Origin: an uncultured Lysobacterales bacterium | GTDB taxonomy: Bacteria; Pseudomonadota; Gammaproteobacteria; Xanthomonadales; SZUA-36 | DNA: 64,000 bases | Assembly: GCA_937927755.1 (NCBI GenBank) | Contig: CALBDB010000052.1 | Span: forward strand, 12,265 to 76,264 | Direction of reading: 5' to 3' | Part shown: in pieces, positions 18,409 to 30,317 of the stretch | How positions within the stretch are numbered: position 1 is the stretch's first letter | Layout: each line of letters begins with the position of its first letter | Notes under the pieces: model-generated | Database searches by the model: none | Told to the model about the DNA's origin: nothing | What the model saw: only the letters and a program-made list of their open reading frames with translations | Translations under genes and position numbers: made by a program

Positions 18409-21096
18409 TCAATGGGCAGTATCCCAATCCAGGCCGGATCCCGCATCCACGACCAGCGGCACAGCCAGATCGGCGGCGCCCGACATGTGCTCGATCACTG
18501 CATCGCGCACCTCGCCGAGTTTCTCTTCCTGCACTTCCAGCACCAGTTCATCGTGGACCTGCATGATCAGCCTTGCCCCGGGCCGGTTTGTCTGCAGCCA
18601 GTCATCGACCCTGATCATGGCGATCTTGATGATATCCGCCGCCGTCCCCTGCATCGGCGCATTGATAGCTGCTCGTTCCGCACCCTGCCGGCGCATCATG
18701 TTGCTGGCTTTGATCTCCGGCAGGTACAGCCGGCGGCCAAAGAGCGTCTCGACATAACCCTGGTCACGCGCCTTCTCGCGTGTCCTTTCCATGAATTTCT
18801 GCACTTCCGGGTACCGTGTGAAATAGGTATCCATGTATATCTGTGCCTCGGGTCGGGAAATATCCAGCTGACGCCCGAGCCCAAAGGCGGACATACCGTA
18901 CATCAGCCCAAAGTTGATGGCCTTGGCGGCACGGCGTTGGTCATCGGTTACTTTTTCATAGTCTTCGCCAAATACCTCGCCGGCTGTCGCCCTGTGGATG
19001 TCAACACCGTCGTGAAATGCCTTCAGCAGACCCTCATCCCCGGACAGGTGCGCCATGATGCGCAACTCGATCTGCGAGTAGTCGGCGGCCAGCACCAGTT
19101 CCCCTGGCGGCGCGATAAAAGCCTTGCGGATCTTGCGGCCCTGGGGTGTGCGTATGGGAATGTTTTGCAGGTTCGGGTTGGAGGAAGACAACCTGCCAGT
19201 GGCCGCCACCGCCTGGTGGTAAGAGGTATGCACGCGCCCGGTACGCTGGTTGATCTGCTCGGGCAGCCTGTCAGTGTAGGTCGATTTGAGCTTGGAAATC
19301 GAACGGTGTTCAAGAATTAGCCTGGGCAGTTCATAGTTATCGGCCAATTCGCTCAACACATCCTCGGCCGTTGATGGCTGACCCTTGGGCGTTTTCCGTA
19401 CGACCGGTAACTCCAGTTTTTCAAACAGGATTTGCTGAAGTTGCTTGGGCGAGCCAAGGTTGAACGACTGCCCGGCGGCTTCGTGCGCCTGCCCTTCCAG
19501 TTCCGCCATTCTTTTTGCCAGTTCGTTGCCCTGCTGCAGCAGTAGCTGACCATCGATCAGCACACCTGCCTGCTCCATCCGGGCCAGCACCGGCACCAAC
19601 GGCATTTCAATCTCCGACAAAACTTTTTCCAATGCAGGCTCAGCCTGCAGTTTTGGCCACAGGTGCTGATGCAGGCGCAACGTGATGTCCGCGTCCTCGG
19701 CTGCGTAGTGTCCTGCCTCCTCAATGGATACCTGGCTGAAAAGAATCTGCTTGGCGCCCTTGCCGGCAATATCCTCGTAATGGGTGGTGTGGTGACCAAG
19801 GTACTTCAGCGCCAGTGAATCCATATCATGACGGCTGCCGGTGCTGTTGAAGACGTAGGATTCAAGCATCGTGTCAAAGGCAACACCCTTCACTTGCAGG
19901 CCATACTGTGACAGGACGTTCATGTCGTACTTGATATGCTGGCCGGTCTTTTTCGGTGATTCACCCTCCAGTATCGGCCGCAGTGTTTCCAGCACATACT
20001 TTTGATCGAGTTGCGCCGGCATGCCCGGATAATTATGGCCAACGGGTATATATACCGCCTCGTTTGCCTCGACGGCGAAACTAAGACCCACCAGTTCGGC
20101 CTGCATCGGGTCCAGGCTGGTCGTCTCCGTATCAAAGGCAACCAGGTCAGCTGCCCTTAGCTTTGCCACCCATTGTTCGAAGCTGGCCTGATCAAGCACC
20201 GTGGAGTATTCGGGTGGTTTCGCTGATGTGCCGGGAGATTCATCCGCGCCAAGCTCCTGCAGCCAGCTGTTGAACTCGTTGTGTTGCAGGAACTTCCTCA
20301 ACGCAGATTCATCGACGGGCTCGCGTTTGAGCTGGCCAAGCTCTATATCCAGATCCAGGTCAGTGCGTATGGTTGCGAGGTCGCGCGACAAGGGCAGAAC
20401 CTCCAGTCCGTCGCGCAGGTACTCACCGATTTTGCCTTTGACCTCACCGGCATTGGCCATAATGCTTTCCAGGTCCTGCCATTGGTTCAACCACTTGGCC
20501 GCTGTTTTCGGCCCGCATTTTTCCACACCCGGGATGTTGTCGGACTTGTCGCCCGTCAGGGCAAGAAAGTCAACGATCTGCGTGGGCTTTACATCAAATT
20601 TTTCCATCACGCCATCGGCGTCCATATGCGTATCGGTCATCGTGTTGACCAGTGACACGTGCTCATCGACCAGCTGCGCCATGTCCTTGTCACCGGTTGA
20701 GATGACACAGTCCATTTTTGCAGCGGCGGCACGGGCCGCCAACGTGCCGATGACATCGTCGGCTTCCACGCCCTGCACCTGGATCAATGGGAGGCCCAGC
20801 AAGCGGACAATTTCATGGATCGGTTCAACCTGTTGTGCGAGTTCCCCCGGCATTGGCGGCCGGTTCGCCTTGTACTGGTCATACATCTCATGGCGGAACG
20901 TCGGTCCTTTTGCATCGAACACCACCGCGATATTTTCAGATTCTGCATCATTGATGAGGCGCCGCAGCATATTGGCGACACCCAGCAGCGCGCCGGTCGG
21001 CTCACCGGCTGAATTGGTCAGGTTTGGAAGCGCGTGGAAGGCTCGGTAAAGATATGAAGAACCGTCGACGAGGTAGAGGACATTTTTCGCGCGCAT
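18409..21096 (-). CDS. polA: DNA polymerase I
   Basis: 895 aa. 5'-nuclease N-terminus, 3'-5' exonuclease motif 'AFDTETTSLD', and polymerase motifs 'ADYSQIELRIMAH', 'RRAAKAINFGLMYG', 'QVHDEL'. Confidence 0.97.
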   Translation of the reverse strand: MRAKNVLYLVDGSSYLYRAFHALPNLTNSAGEPTGALLGVANMLRRLINDAESENIAVVFDAKGPTFRHEMYDQYKANRPPMPGELAQQVEPIHEIVRLLGLPLIQVQGVEADDVIGTLAARAAAAKMDCVISTGDKDMAQLVDEHVSLVNTMTDTHMDADGVMEKFDVKPTQIVDFLALTGDKSDNIPGVEKCGPKTAAKWLNQWQDLESIMANAGEVKGKIGEYLRDGLEVLPLSRDLATIRTDLDLDIELGQLKREPVDESALRKFLQHNEFNSWLQELGADESPGTSAKPPEYSTVLDQASFEQWVAKLRAADLVAFDTETTSLDPMQAELVGLSFAVEANEAVYIPVGHNYPGMPAQLDQKYVLETLRPILEGESPKKTGQHIKYDMNVLSQYGLQVKGVAFDTMLESYVFNSTGSRHDMDSLALKYLGHHTTHYEDIAGKGAKQILFSQVSIEEAGHYAAEDADITLRLHQHLWPKLQAEPALEKVLSEIEMPLVPVLARMEQAGVLIDGQLLLQQGNELAKRMAELEGQAHEAAGQSFNLGSPKQLQQILFEKLELPVVRKTPKGQPSTAEDVLSELADNYELPRLILEHRSISKLKSTYTDRLPEQINQRTGRVHTSYHQAVAATGRLSSSNPNLQNIPIRTPQGRKIRKAFIAPPGELVLAADYSQIELRIMAHLSGDEGLLKAFHDGVDIHRATAGEVFGEDYEKVTDDQRRAAKAINFGLMYGMSAFGLGRQLDISRPEAQIYMDTYFTRYPEVQKFMERTREKARDQGYVETLFGRRLYLPEIKASNMMRRQGAERAAINAPMQGTAADIIKIAMIRVDDWLQTNRPGARLIMQVHDELVLEVQEEKLGEVRDAVIEHMSGAADLAVPLVVDAGSGLDWDTAH

Positions 21097-21212
21097 TAGA
21101 GAACCTATGGAATTACGGAATCAGATATTCGGGTCTGGTATGCTGAGAGTATCGGAAAACCCGCTTGTGAACCACCCGGTTCTTTGCGTGGACAAATAAG
21201 GGAGGGTAGAGA

Positions 21213-21560
21213 ATGGAGAAACAATGGATTAGCCTGGCAGTGATCGGAATTATGCTCAGCGGCCAGCTACTGGCCCAGCAGGCGGCCACGCAAAACACAG
21301 ATCCGGCTGCGCCCCCGCCCATACCGCCAAAAGTACCCGGTGAAGAGATCGAACCCAGTGTTGTAATAACTGAACGCGAAGGCGAACGAATCGAGGAATA
21401 CAGCCAGAACGGCCGTGTCTACATGGTCAAGATCACACCCGTAAAAGGGCCGGCATACTACTACCTGGATGAAGACGGTGACGGGCAACTGGAACTGAGG
21501 GAGTCCGACAGGGCGAAGAACCCGGTGCGGCCGGTTTACTGGAAACTGAAAGAGTGGTAA
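21213..21560 (+). CDS. DUF2782-like secreted small protein
   Basis: 115 aa with a signal peptide, and 'IEEYSQNGRVYMVKITPVKGPAYYYLDEDGDG'. Adjacent to and divergent from polA, as remembered for DUF2782. Confidence 0.55.
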   Translation: MEKQWISLAVIGIMLSGQLLAQQAATQNTDPAAPPPIPPKVPGEEIEPSVVITEREGERIEEYSQNGRVYMVKITPVKGPAYYYLDEDGDGQLELRESDRAKNPVRPVYWKLKEW

Positions 21561-21934
21561 ACCAAGCGAAGCAGACAGGTATTTCCTGGCTACGCAATGG
21601 AATCGCCTTCTGTGGAAAAACCGGCGCCTGGCTGATGCTTGTAATGGTCTTGCTTTCGTTTTTCATCGTCGTTCTCCGTTACGGCTTTAACCTCGGCTGG
21701 ATCGGGCTGCAGGAATCAGTGACCTATCTGCACGTGACGGTGTTCATGGTGGTTACCGCACTGCCCTATGTCGCCTCTTCCTCGAAACTGCTGGAATCCT
21801 CCCGTGAAGCTGGCGGCCTGCCGCTGGTATTTCTGCTCAAATCACTGATCCTGGTCATGCCGGTGCTGTTGCTCGGCCAGGGCTTGCTGAACTCCATGGA
21901 CGCGCTGCAAACCCTGCGGAGAAATGACACCTGA
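21554..21934 (+). CDS. DctQ-like (TRAP small permease-like) membrane protein, apparently shortened and orphan
   Basis: 126 aa. N-terminal 'LVMVLLSFFIVVLRYGFNLGWIGLQESVTYLHV' resembles DctQ TM1-2. No dctP or dctM lies nearby. It overlaps both neighbouring genes by a few nt. Confidence 0.4.
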   Translation: MVNQAKQTGISWLRNGIAFCGKTGAWLMLVMVLLSFFIVVLRYGFNLGWIGLQESVTYLHVTVFMVVTALPYVASSSKLLESSREAGGLPLVFLLKSLILVMPVLLLGQGLLNSMDALQTLRRNDT

Positions 21935-22595
21935 CCGTCAAGCCAGGCTGGACGCGGTGCTTGCCATGCGCCAGCCCGATCTGACCGTATTTGCCGAAAA
22001 CCTGCACAAGCCCAGGAATTTTTCCGCCATGGTGCGCAATTGTGATGCTGTCGGTATAAACGAAATGCACGTATTACCGGGCGAGGCCGATCTGCGCAAA
22101 CACTGGAACACCTCCCAGGGGGCCGAAAAATGGATGCGTATAAAGACCCACGCCAGTGCCAAAGCGGCCTGCACCTTTCTGAAGGCGCGGGGTTTCCGGC
22201 TGGTGGCCGCCCATTTGAGCGATGAGGCCATCGATTTCAAAAAAATCGACTACACGCAACCCGTGGCCGTGGTATTGGGTACCGAACTATTTGGTGTCAG
22301 TGACACAACTCTTTCCTTTGTCGATCAGCAGATCAGGATACCGATGATGGGGGTTACCCAATCACTGAATGTCTCCGTTGCCTGTGCGTTGGTGCTGTAC
22401 GAAGCGCAGCGGCAGAGACAGGCGGCGGGTATGTATGATTGCTGCCGCCTGGATCAGGAAACACTCAACCAGCAACGCTTTGAGTGGCTGCACCCGGTGC
22501 TGACCGACTACTGCCGGCGGCATGGCCTTGACTACCCGGCGCTGGATGAGAACGGTGACCTGGCGGAGCCCATGCCCAGATCGCCGGCCGATTGA
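21924..22595 (+). CDS. trmH: tRNA (guanosine18-2'-O)-methyltransferase (SpoU/TrmH)
   Basis: 223 aa. 'RQPDLTVFAENLHKPRNFSAMVRNCDAVG', the SPOUT knot region 'VVLGTELFGVS' and 'IPMMGVTQSLNVSVA'. Confidence 0.85.
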   Translation: MTPDRQARLDAVLAMRQPDLTVFAENLHKPRNFSAMVRNCDAVGINEMHVLPGEADLRKHWNTSQGAEKWMRIKTHASAKAACTFLKARGFRLVAAHLSDEAIDFKKIDYTQPVAVVLGTELFGVSDTTLSFVDQQIRIPMMGVTQSLNVSVACALVLYEAQRQRQAAGMYDCCRLDQETLNQQRFEWLHPVLTDYCRRHGLDYPALDENGDLAEPMPRSPAD

Positions 22596-22658
22596 AACCC
22601 GGATACCTTACCTCAGGTCCGCCCCGGCAGCTCGAAGCAATTTTTAATGCTTTTTTCA

Positions 22659-22686
22659 TTAAACTTGGCTGTTATTTCCCTATACT
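22659..22686 (+). promoter_or_regulatory. Possible sigma70 promoter for the minor-pilin cluster
   Basis: TTAAAC-N16-TATACT, about 80 nt upstream of the first pilin-like gene. Pattern match only. Confidence 0.3.
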
Positions 22687-22764
22687 GGGAGTCGTAAAAA
22701 AGGGGAAATGAAAGACAAAGGGGGGGTAAAAACAATCACATAAAGCTGTGACAAGGATGTCGCC

Positions 22765-23346
22765 ATGTTTCGAAATAAAATGGGTTTCACGCTCATAGAG
22801 TTGCTTGTCGTTATTACCTTAATCGGCATCTCTCTCACCTTGGCCGTCCCGTCCTGGGAGCAGGTCAGCAAAAAAAGAAGAATTACGAACGGAGCCGAAC
22901 AGGTTGCGGCGTTTTTGGCTACCGCTCAAAGCGAGGCTCAAAAACGCAACCTGCCGGTTACACTTTCTTACCGCCGCTCCGGAGACCAGGATTGGTGCAT
23001 CGGCGCGGTGCTGGGCGCAAGCGGTTGCGATTGCACCGAAGCAGACCCGGATTCAGGCCAGTTCTGTTCCGTTGACGGCAATCCACACCTGATTGACGCA
23101 CAGGCATTCCAATTAACCAACCTGATAGGCGTCATGGATGTTAAACCCGACGGCGGTGACTCGAATATCACCTTCGACCCGATCCGCGGAATACTGCAAC
23201 CCGCCGGCGAAAGACTGCAACTGACATTTGAATCACCCGGTGGCTACTATCAGTTGCGCCTGGTGATCCGACCGACCGGATTACTATCCATTTGCAGCCC
23301 TGATAGCAGCAATACAATAGGTGGATACCTGACATGTTCAGGATGA
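22765..23346 (+). CDS. FimT/FimU (GspH-like) type IV minor pilin
   Basis: Prepilin N-terminus 'KMGFTLIELLVVITLIGISL' and GspH-like 'AAFLATAQSEAQKRN'. 193 aa. Confidence 0.75.
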   Translation: MFRNKMGFTLIELLVVITLIGISLTLAVPSWEQVSKKRRITNGAEQVAAFLATAQSEAQKRNLPVTLSYRRSGDQDWCIGAVLGASGCDCTEADPDSGQFCSVDGNPHLIDAQAFQLTNLIGVMDVKPDGGDSNITFDPIRGILQPAGERLQLTFESPGGYYQLRLVIRPTGLLSICSPDSSNTIGGYLTCSG

Positions 23347-24020
23347 ATTCGGCCCCGGGGCGCCAAAGCGGCCTCAGCATCATAGAAATGATGGTTTCCC
23401 TGGCATTGAGCCTGCTGGCCATTGCCACGATGGTTATCCTTGTGGCCAATACGTTGGGCAGCGGCGCCACGACTATCCAGATGGCCCGTCTTTCCCAGGA
23501 GTTGAGGGCATCCATGCAACTCATGAGCCGCGACCTGCGCAGGGCAAACTTTCACAGCAGCTTTCTCAACTGCTTTGCAAATGTCGATTGCCGGGACGAC
23601 CTGAGTATTGCCGCCTACGTGGATACTATCCACATCAATACTACCGGTGATTGCTTCTGGTACTGGCTTGACCGGGATGGCGATGCAGCACTCGACGATG
23701 ACCCGGTCGGCGGGTTCCGTTACAGCACGATCGACGGTATTGGTGTCATCCAGATGCGAACCTCGGGAAATTCGGCCGCAAACTGTGATGACGGTACCGA
23801 CTGGGAGTTGATCACAGATCCAAACACCGTCGAAATCACCAGCTTCAGCGTCAGCAATGCCGATTCATATACCGAGACGCTGTCGGCCGCCGGCGATGTG
23901 CAAGTCGTCGAAAAAATCAGGCTGAACATCAATGGCAGAATAACCGGAAACCCATCCATTGCGCGGGAAATACAGGATCTGATCCTGATTCGAAACGACA
24001 TTCAGTCAGCAGGTGCTTGA
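23334..24020 (+). CDS. PilW-like type IV minor pilin
   Basis: 'RQSGLSIIEMMVSLALSLLAI' followed by 'LSQELRASMQLMSRDLRRA', typical of the PilW N-terminal region. 228 aa. Confidence 0.7.
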   Translation: MFRMNSAPGRQSGLSIIEMMVSLALSLLAIATMVILVANTLGSGATTIQMARLSQELRASMQLMSRDLRRANFHSSFLNCFANVDCRDDLSIAAYVDTIHINTTGDCFWYWLDRDGDAALDDDPVGGFRYSTIDGIGVIQMRTSGNSAANCDDGTDWELITDPNTVEITSFSVSNADSYTETLSAAGDVQVVEKIRLNINGRITGNPSIAREIQDLILIRNDIQSAGA

Positions 24021-25548
24021 AGGCATGAGGAATATGACTATCAAACCGTCGCGGTGGCGGCAATATCACAGGAGTTTTTCCCCTGACCGGCAAAAAGGCG
24101 GATTGACCATATTTTCAGCGGTCATCCTGCTGTCACTGATCACCCTGATGCTTATTTATTCCACCCGAATCCAGCAGTCCGAGCAGCGAATATCAGCCAA
24201 CGAATACCGTCAGAAAATGGCTTTTCACGCAGCGGAATCCGCCGCTGACCAGGTCATTGAATACATGCTTGCCAATAGCTTGCGAATCCTGTCGGCCGAG
24301 GCGGAAGCAGCGCCGGATGGTGCCGGTGGCAGCCGGCCCGGGTGGTTCCACGAGACAGAGGGGGTTTGGGCGCCCTGCCCGGCCGATGCCGGGGTCAACC
24401 ATCCATGTGGTGGTGAAATCGCTGCGGGGAATGTTGCCTTGTCCTTTTTCTACGATGATCCGGGAACCACGATAGCTGGCAAGTATGACACCATCCCGGT
24501 TAACCTGGACATGTTGCCCCTTGAGTCCACCGCCCGCGTATCGGCGGTGTTCTGCCAGGTAAATTTCTCCGACCCCAGCGGCGGTTGTATGTCTGCGCCG
24601 GTTGCCGGTGAAGACATTGCACGGTCATCGTTTGTCATCACGGTTTTGTCTTACGGCTACGCCGATTGCACTGACACCACGGACACGGACACATGCCTGG
24701 TCTCAGCCCATCTGGCGCTTCCCCTCACGAGTTATAACCTGGCCCGGGGTTCCCCACCGGTACCGCTGACTACACGGACAACATTTCCGCCGACCGGAAC
24801 AGCCGAAGTTGTTCCGAACCCGAATGCAGGTGGTGTAGGTGTGCCCGTTTCCGTGTGGGCCAACGCCAATCCAGCCTGCTCCAGTGGCCCAACTCTGCTG
24901 GGGGGTGGCGACTGGGCGACCTGCGAGTATCACGAGTGGTACGAGACTGACGAGATTCCCGATGACATGGCCTGCACTAACCCGAGTTGCAGCTGCTCTG
25001 CTGAAGAGGCCATCAGCTATACGGTTGGGACGGAAGACCATGTGGGTATAGACCTGCTGGAAGATGTGAATTTTCCTTGTGACCTGTTCCAGTTCTTTTT
25101 TGACATTCCACGTAGCCAGTATCAACTGGTGAAATCGGCGGCAAAAGTCATTGAAGACTGTGACGGCCTGGGGCCGGAGAGCCATGGAATCTACTGGGTA
25201 TCGGGCGCCGAATGCCGCCTTGATGGAACCAATGTCATCGGCTCATCCAAATGGCCCGTCATGCTGATCAGTGCCGCCCAGACCACGACGTTTACGGGCG
25301 ACAATAATATTTTCGGTGTGATCTTTGTAACCGATGTTGAAAAGCCAACTGCAGAATGGAACGCTTCGGGCACCAATGTCGTGTACGGCTCAGTCATCCT
25401 TGATGCGGAACTGGATTCCTTTGTCGGCACCTTCAAGATTATCTACAACAAGGATGTTGCACTGCTTGCGGCCGGTTCAAGCGGCATCGGCACGCTTAAT
25501 GGCGGGTGGCGGGACTTCGGCTTACCGGATTTTGATTGGGAAGGGTGA
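24013..25548 (+). CDS. PilX-like protein, enlarged (up to 511 aa), Cys-rich
   Basis: PilX_N-like 'QKGGLTIFSAVILLSLITLMLIYSTRIQQSEQRISANEYRQKMAFHAAESAADQ', then a ~400-aa Cys-rich extracellular region. The start may be ATG 24025 or 24034. Confidence 0.6.
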   Translation: MLEGMRNMTIKPSRWRQYHRSFSPDRQKGGLTIFSAVILLSLITLMLIYSTRIQQSEQRISANEYRQKMAFHAAESAADQVIEYMLANSLRILSAEAEAAPDGAGGSRPGWFHETEGVWAPCPADAGVNHPCGGEIAAGNVALSFFYDDPGTTIAGKYDTIPVNLDMLPLESTARVSAVFCQVNFSDPSGGCMSAPVAGEDIARSSFVITVLSYGYADCTDTTDTDTCLVSAHLALPLTSYNLARGSPPVPLTTRTTFPPTGTAEVVPNPNAGGVGVPVSVWANANPACSSGPTLLGGGDWATCEYHEWYETDEIPDDMACTNPSCSCSAEEAISYTVGTEDHVGIDLLEDVNFPCDLFQFFFDIPRSQYQLVKSAAKVIEDCDGLGPESHGIYWVSGAECRLDGTNVIGSSKWPVMLISAAQTTTFTGDNNIFGVIFVTDVEKPTAEWNASGTNVVYGSVILDAELDSFVGTFKIIYNKDVALLAAGSSGIGTLNGGWRDFGLPDFDWEG

Positions 25549-25552
25549 TGTG

Positions 25553-27706
25553 ATGAAAATTTCCGCCAGGAGCCAACCGGGGTTCAGTCTGCTTGAACTG
25601 GTTATCGGATTGTTTCTTTTCAGCGTGGGTATGCTGGCGCTTGCCTCTTTGCAGGGTCAACTGACGCGCTCGCAGGCCGATGCAAATGTCCGTAGCGTCG
25701 CTACCAATATAGCCGAGGAGCAAATCGAGCTGATCCGGGGATTTGGCCTGATCGATAATGACCCCCTTAGCTCCATCCCCGCTTACGGGGATATTCAAAA
25801 CCGTACATTTACGGTGCGCCGCGGCAATGTTGACTACGTTGTAGTGATGCAGGTCACTGATTATTACTATGATTTGTTAACGGGGGGGTTCGACACATCG
25901 AACACCGACGGCCTGGCGGTTTCCGACTTCAAGGATGTCACTGTCAATGTCTCATGGGGCAGCACACCCGGATTCCGGGTGTCCGACTCACGGGAGATTT
26001 CATCCGAAGACCTCGGCACCGGCAAAATCGAACTCACGGCTATTATCTCTTCGGTGACAACCCAGGGCGCCGCACGTTCAACCACTCAAGGTGATACCAA
26101 GTCGTTACTCCCCGATGTTTCTTACACGCCAGGCAGCAACCCCGACATTGTTTCGCTGCGACTGGGTGAGACCCGCTTGAAGGAGTCGACTCAACCGGAA
26201 CCCCGCGTTTATCGAGCTGATGAGAAGGTGGAAACCCGCTTTGACGTTGTTACCTACTCCCAGACAGGTGACGGCACGTTGTTTCTTCGCCGTGAAGAAT
26301 TTATCGGTGTAAGTTGTGATTGTGAAATGTCTGCGTTACCCGTCACGGCGGAAGAAGGCGGGCGTTTGCCGACGACCTGGGCGGCGGATGAGTATGAACG
26401 GGGCGAACTCGCCATCAAGCCAACCGGAATATCCAGCAGTAACATGCAAAGCATTTTTTGTAACGAGTGTTGCCGCGATCACCACGATGGCGCGTCCGTG
26501 ACCGGTGACACCGCCGCGGCACTTTACGACCCGTTTCGCAGCCCTGGCGATTACTGGGGCTCCGACACTTTTAAGGGTGACCATAAGCACTATGGCCGCA
26601 ACAGCCGCGGCGAACTGGTCCTCGCCCAGTCAGTTGGCGACAGTTACATGGAAGCCTGCAGGATGGTCAGGGTGAATGGATTTATGCGGGTCGGACAGGA
26701 TTTCCGCCAGGAAGGCCGCAATGTCTTTCCCGAAAATTATCTCGATGAAGAAAGTGAGGTTAACGACTATTCAAACTGGGTAACCGCCAGTACAAACATG
26801 TTTGAAAATGCGCTCAGCGGTGATTATGAGTCGGCGCCGCTGACATTTCCTTCGCCGCCACTGGCCCCGGCCATAGGTGGCTTTCCGATCGCGACGACCC
26901 TGCCCACCTCACTGGGTGCTGAAACTCAGCAACTTAGATCCCGCGGTGTTTACGTTGATTATCTCAGGGAAGACCTGCGTACTGCCATTGACTGCTTGCG
27001 TGCATTGCCCGTTGACGGCATAGCGGCGGATTGTGATAGCGACACGATCCAGTTTGATAAAAGCTCGTCCACCAACGTGCTGGAGTTGATTCCGTTTTTT
27101 GATGTTCAGCTGACATGGTTGAACCGCTGGTCCGAAAAACCGACAAACCAACCCGTAGATACCACCAATGAACCCGTACTGACAGACAATGCCCACAGCC
27201 GTGGCGTCGCTTCAATTACCACCGGCAGCGGGACCTCCACCGTTACCGCGTCCGGGCACAAGGGAAATCTCGGCTTAACGGATACAGACCCGATAGAACC
27301 CGAATTTTTCAGCCAGATTCGAACCGCGAAGCTGGCGGTTAGCGCACTGACGTCTGCTCCGCCGCCAGCACCCGGAAAGGCAATTATCAGGGGTGTAATT
27401 ACATCCGGTGTCACCGGCCTGAGGGCAACCGACATCCAGGTAGAAGGCAGCGGAGCGTTCTGCAATCGCTTACCCGATGGATATATCTGTGAGATTTCGG
27501 TCCATGCAACAGATGTCACCCTGAAGGTCTTTAACTACAAGAAACTGACCCTCAGTCTCGCGGCTTGCAGCGAGACTCTGACGAAGCTTTCAAGCGGCAC
27601 AGATGCCACGGGACGCGGTTTTACCTATTTTAATCTGGCTCCTTCACCGGAACTGGACAGCACCATCAGCCATGATGTTTCAATCCAGGTTGATGGGTGC
27701 CTCTGA
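25553..27706 (+). CDS. PilV-like prepilin fused to a ~650-aa Cys-rich C-terminal region
   Basis: The start was re-set to ATG 25553 (MKISARSQPGFSLLELVIGLFLFSVGMLALASLQ, a PilV-type N-terminus). The track ORF from 25334 merely overlaps the upstream gene. 717 aa. Confidence 0.65.
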   Translation: MKISARSQPGFSLLELVIGLFLFSVGMLALASLQGQLTRSQADANVRSVATNIAEEQIELIRGFGLIDNDPLSSIPAYGDIQNRTFTVRRGNVDYVVVMQVTDYYYDLLTGGFDTSNTDGLAVSDFKDVTVNVSWGSTPGFRVSDSREISSEDLGTGKIELTAIISSVTTQGAARSTTQGDTKSLLPDVSYTPGSNPDIVSLRLGETRLKESTQPEPRVYRADEKVETRFDVVTYSQTGDGTLFLRREEFIGVSCDCEMSALPVTAEEGGRLPTTWAADEYERGELAIKPTGISSSNMQSIFCNECCRDHHDGASVTGDTAAALYDPFRSPGDYWGSDTFKGDHKHYGRNSRGELVLAQSVGDSYMEACRMVRVNGFMRVGQDFRQEGRNVFPENYLDEESEVNDYSNWVTASTNMFENALSGDYESAPLTFPSPPLAPAIGGFPIATTLPTSLGAETQQLRSRGVYVDYLREDLRTAIDCLRALPVDGIAADCDSDTIQFDKSSSTNVLELIPFFDVQLTWLNRWSEKPTNQPVDTTNEPVLTDNAHSRGVASITTGSGTSTVTASGHKGNLGLTDTDPIEPEFFSQIRTAKLAVSALTSAPPPAPGKAIIRGVITSGVTGLRATDIQVEGSGAFCNRLPDGYICEISVHATDVTLKVFNYKKLTLSLAACSETLTKLSSGTDATGRGFTYFNLAPSPELDSTISHDVSIQVDGCL

Positions 27707-27764
27707 GTCCCACTACCTTGTTTGAGCCAAGCGGGTAAACGTAGCCAGGCCCCGGAGAGGGTCA

Positions 27765-30207
<2,443 letters not shown>

Positions 30208-30317
30208 TTCAGCTTTCTCACGCTTTTTCTATCATATCGCTGGAACGCCTGCGCTTAAAACGAGATAATAACGGGCTATTTTGATCATTGTACGCAAAGA
30301 TTCCTGGAGAGTACGAA

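Noticed and set aside
18406-21049. Long plus-strand ORFs (18406-19320, 304 aa; 20201-21049, 282 aa; others) opposite polA.
   Set aside because: They are antisense shadow ORFs inside a gene with unmistakable PolA motifs. Their products are low-complexity and Arg/Ser/Pro-rich, with no recognisable domains, as expected in GC-rich DNA.
25334-25552. N-terminal 73 codons of track ORF 25334-27706.
   Set aside because: This stretch overlaps the 3' end of the PilX-like gene in another frame. The prepilin-type N-terminus begins at ATG 25553, so the extension is just an open frame without stops.
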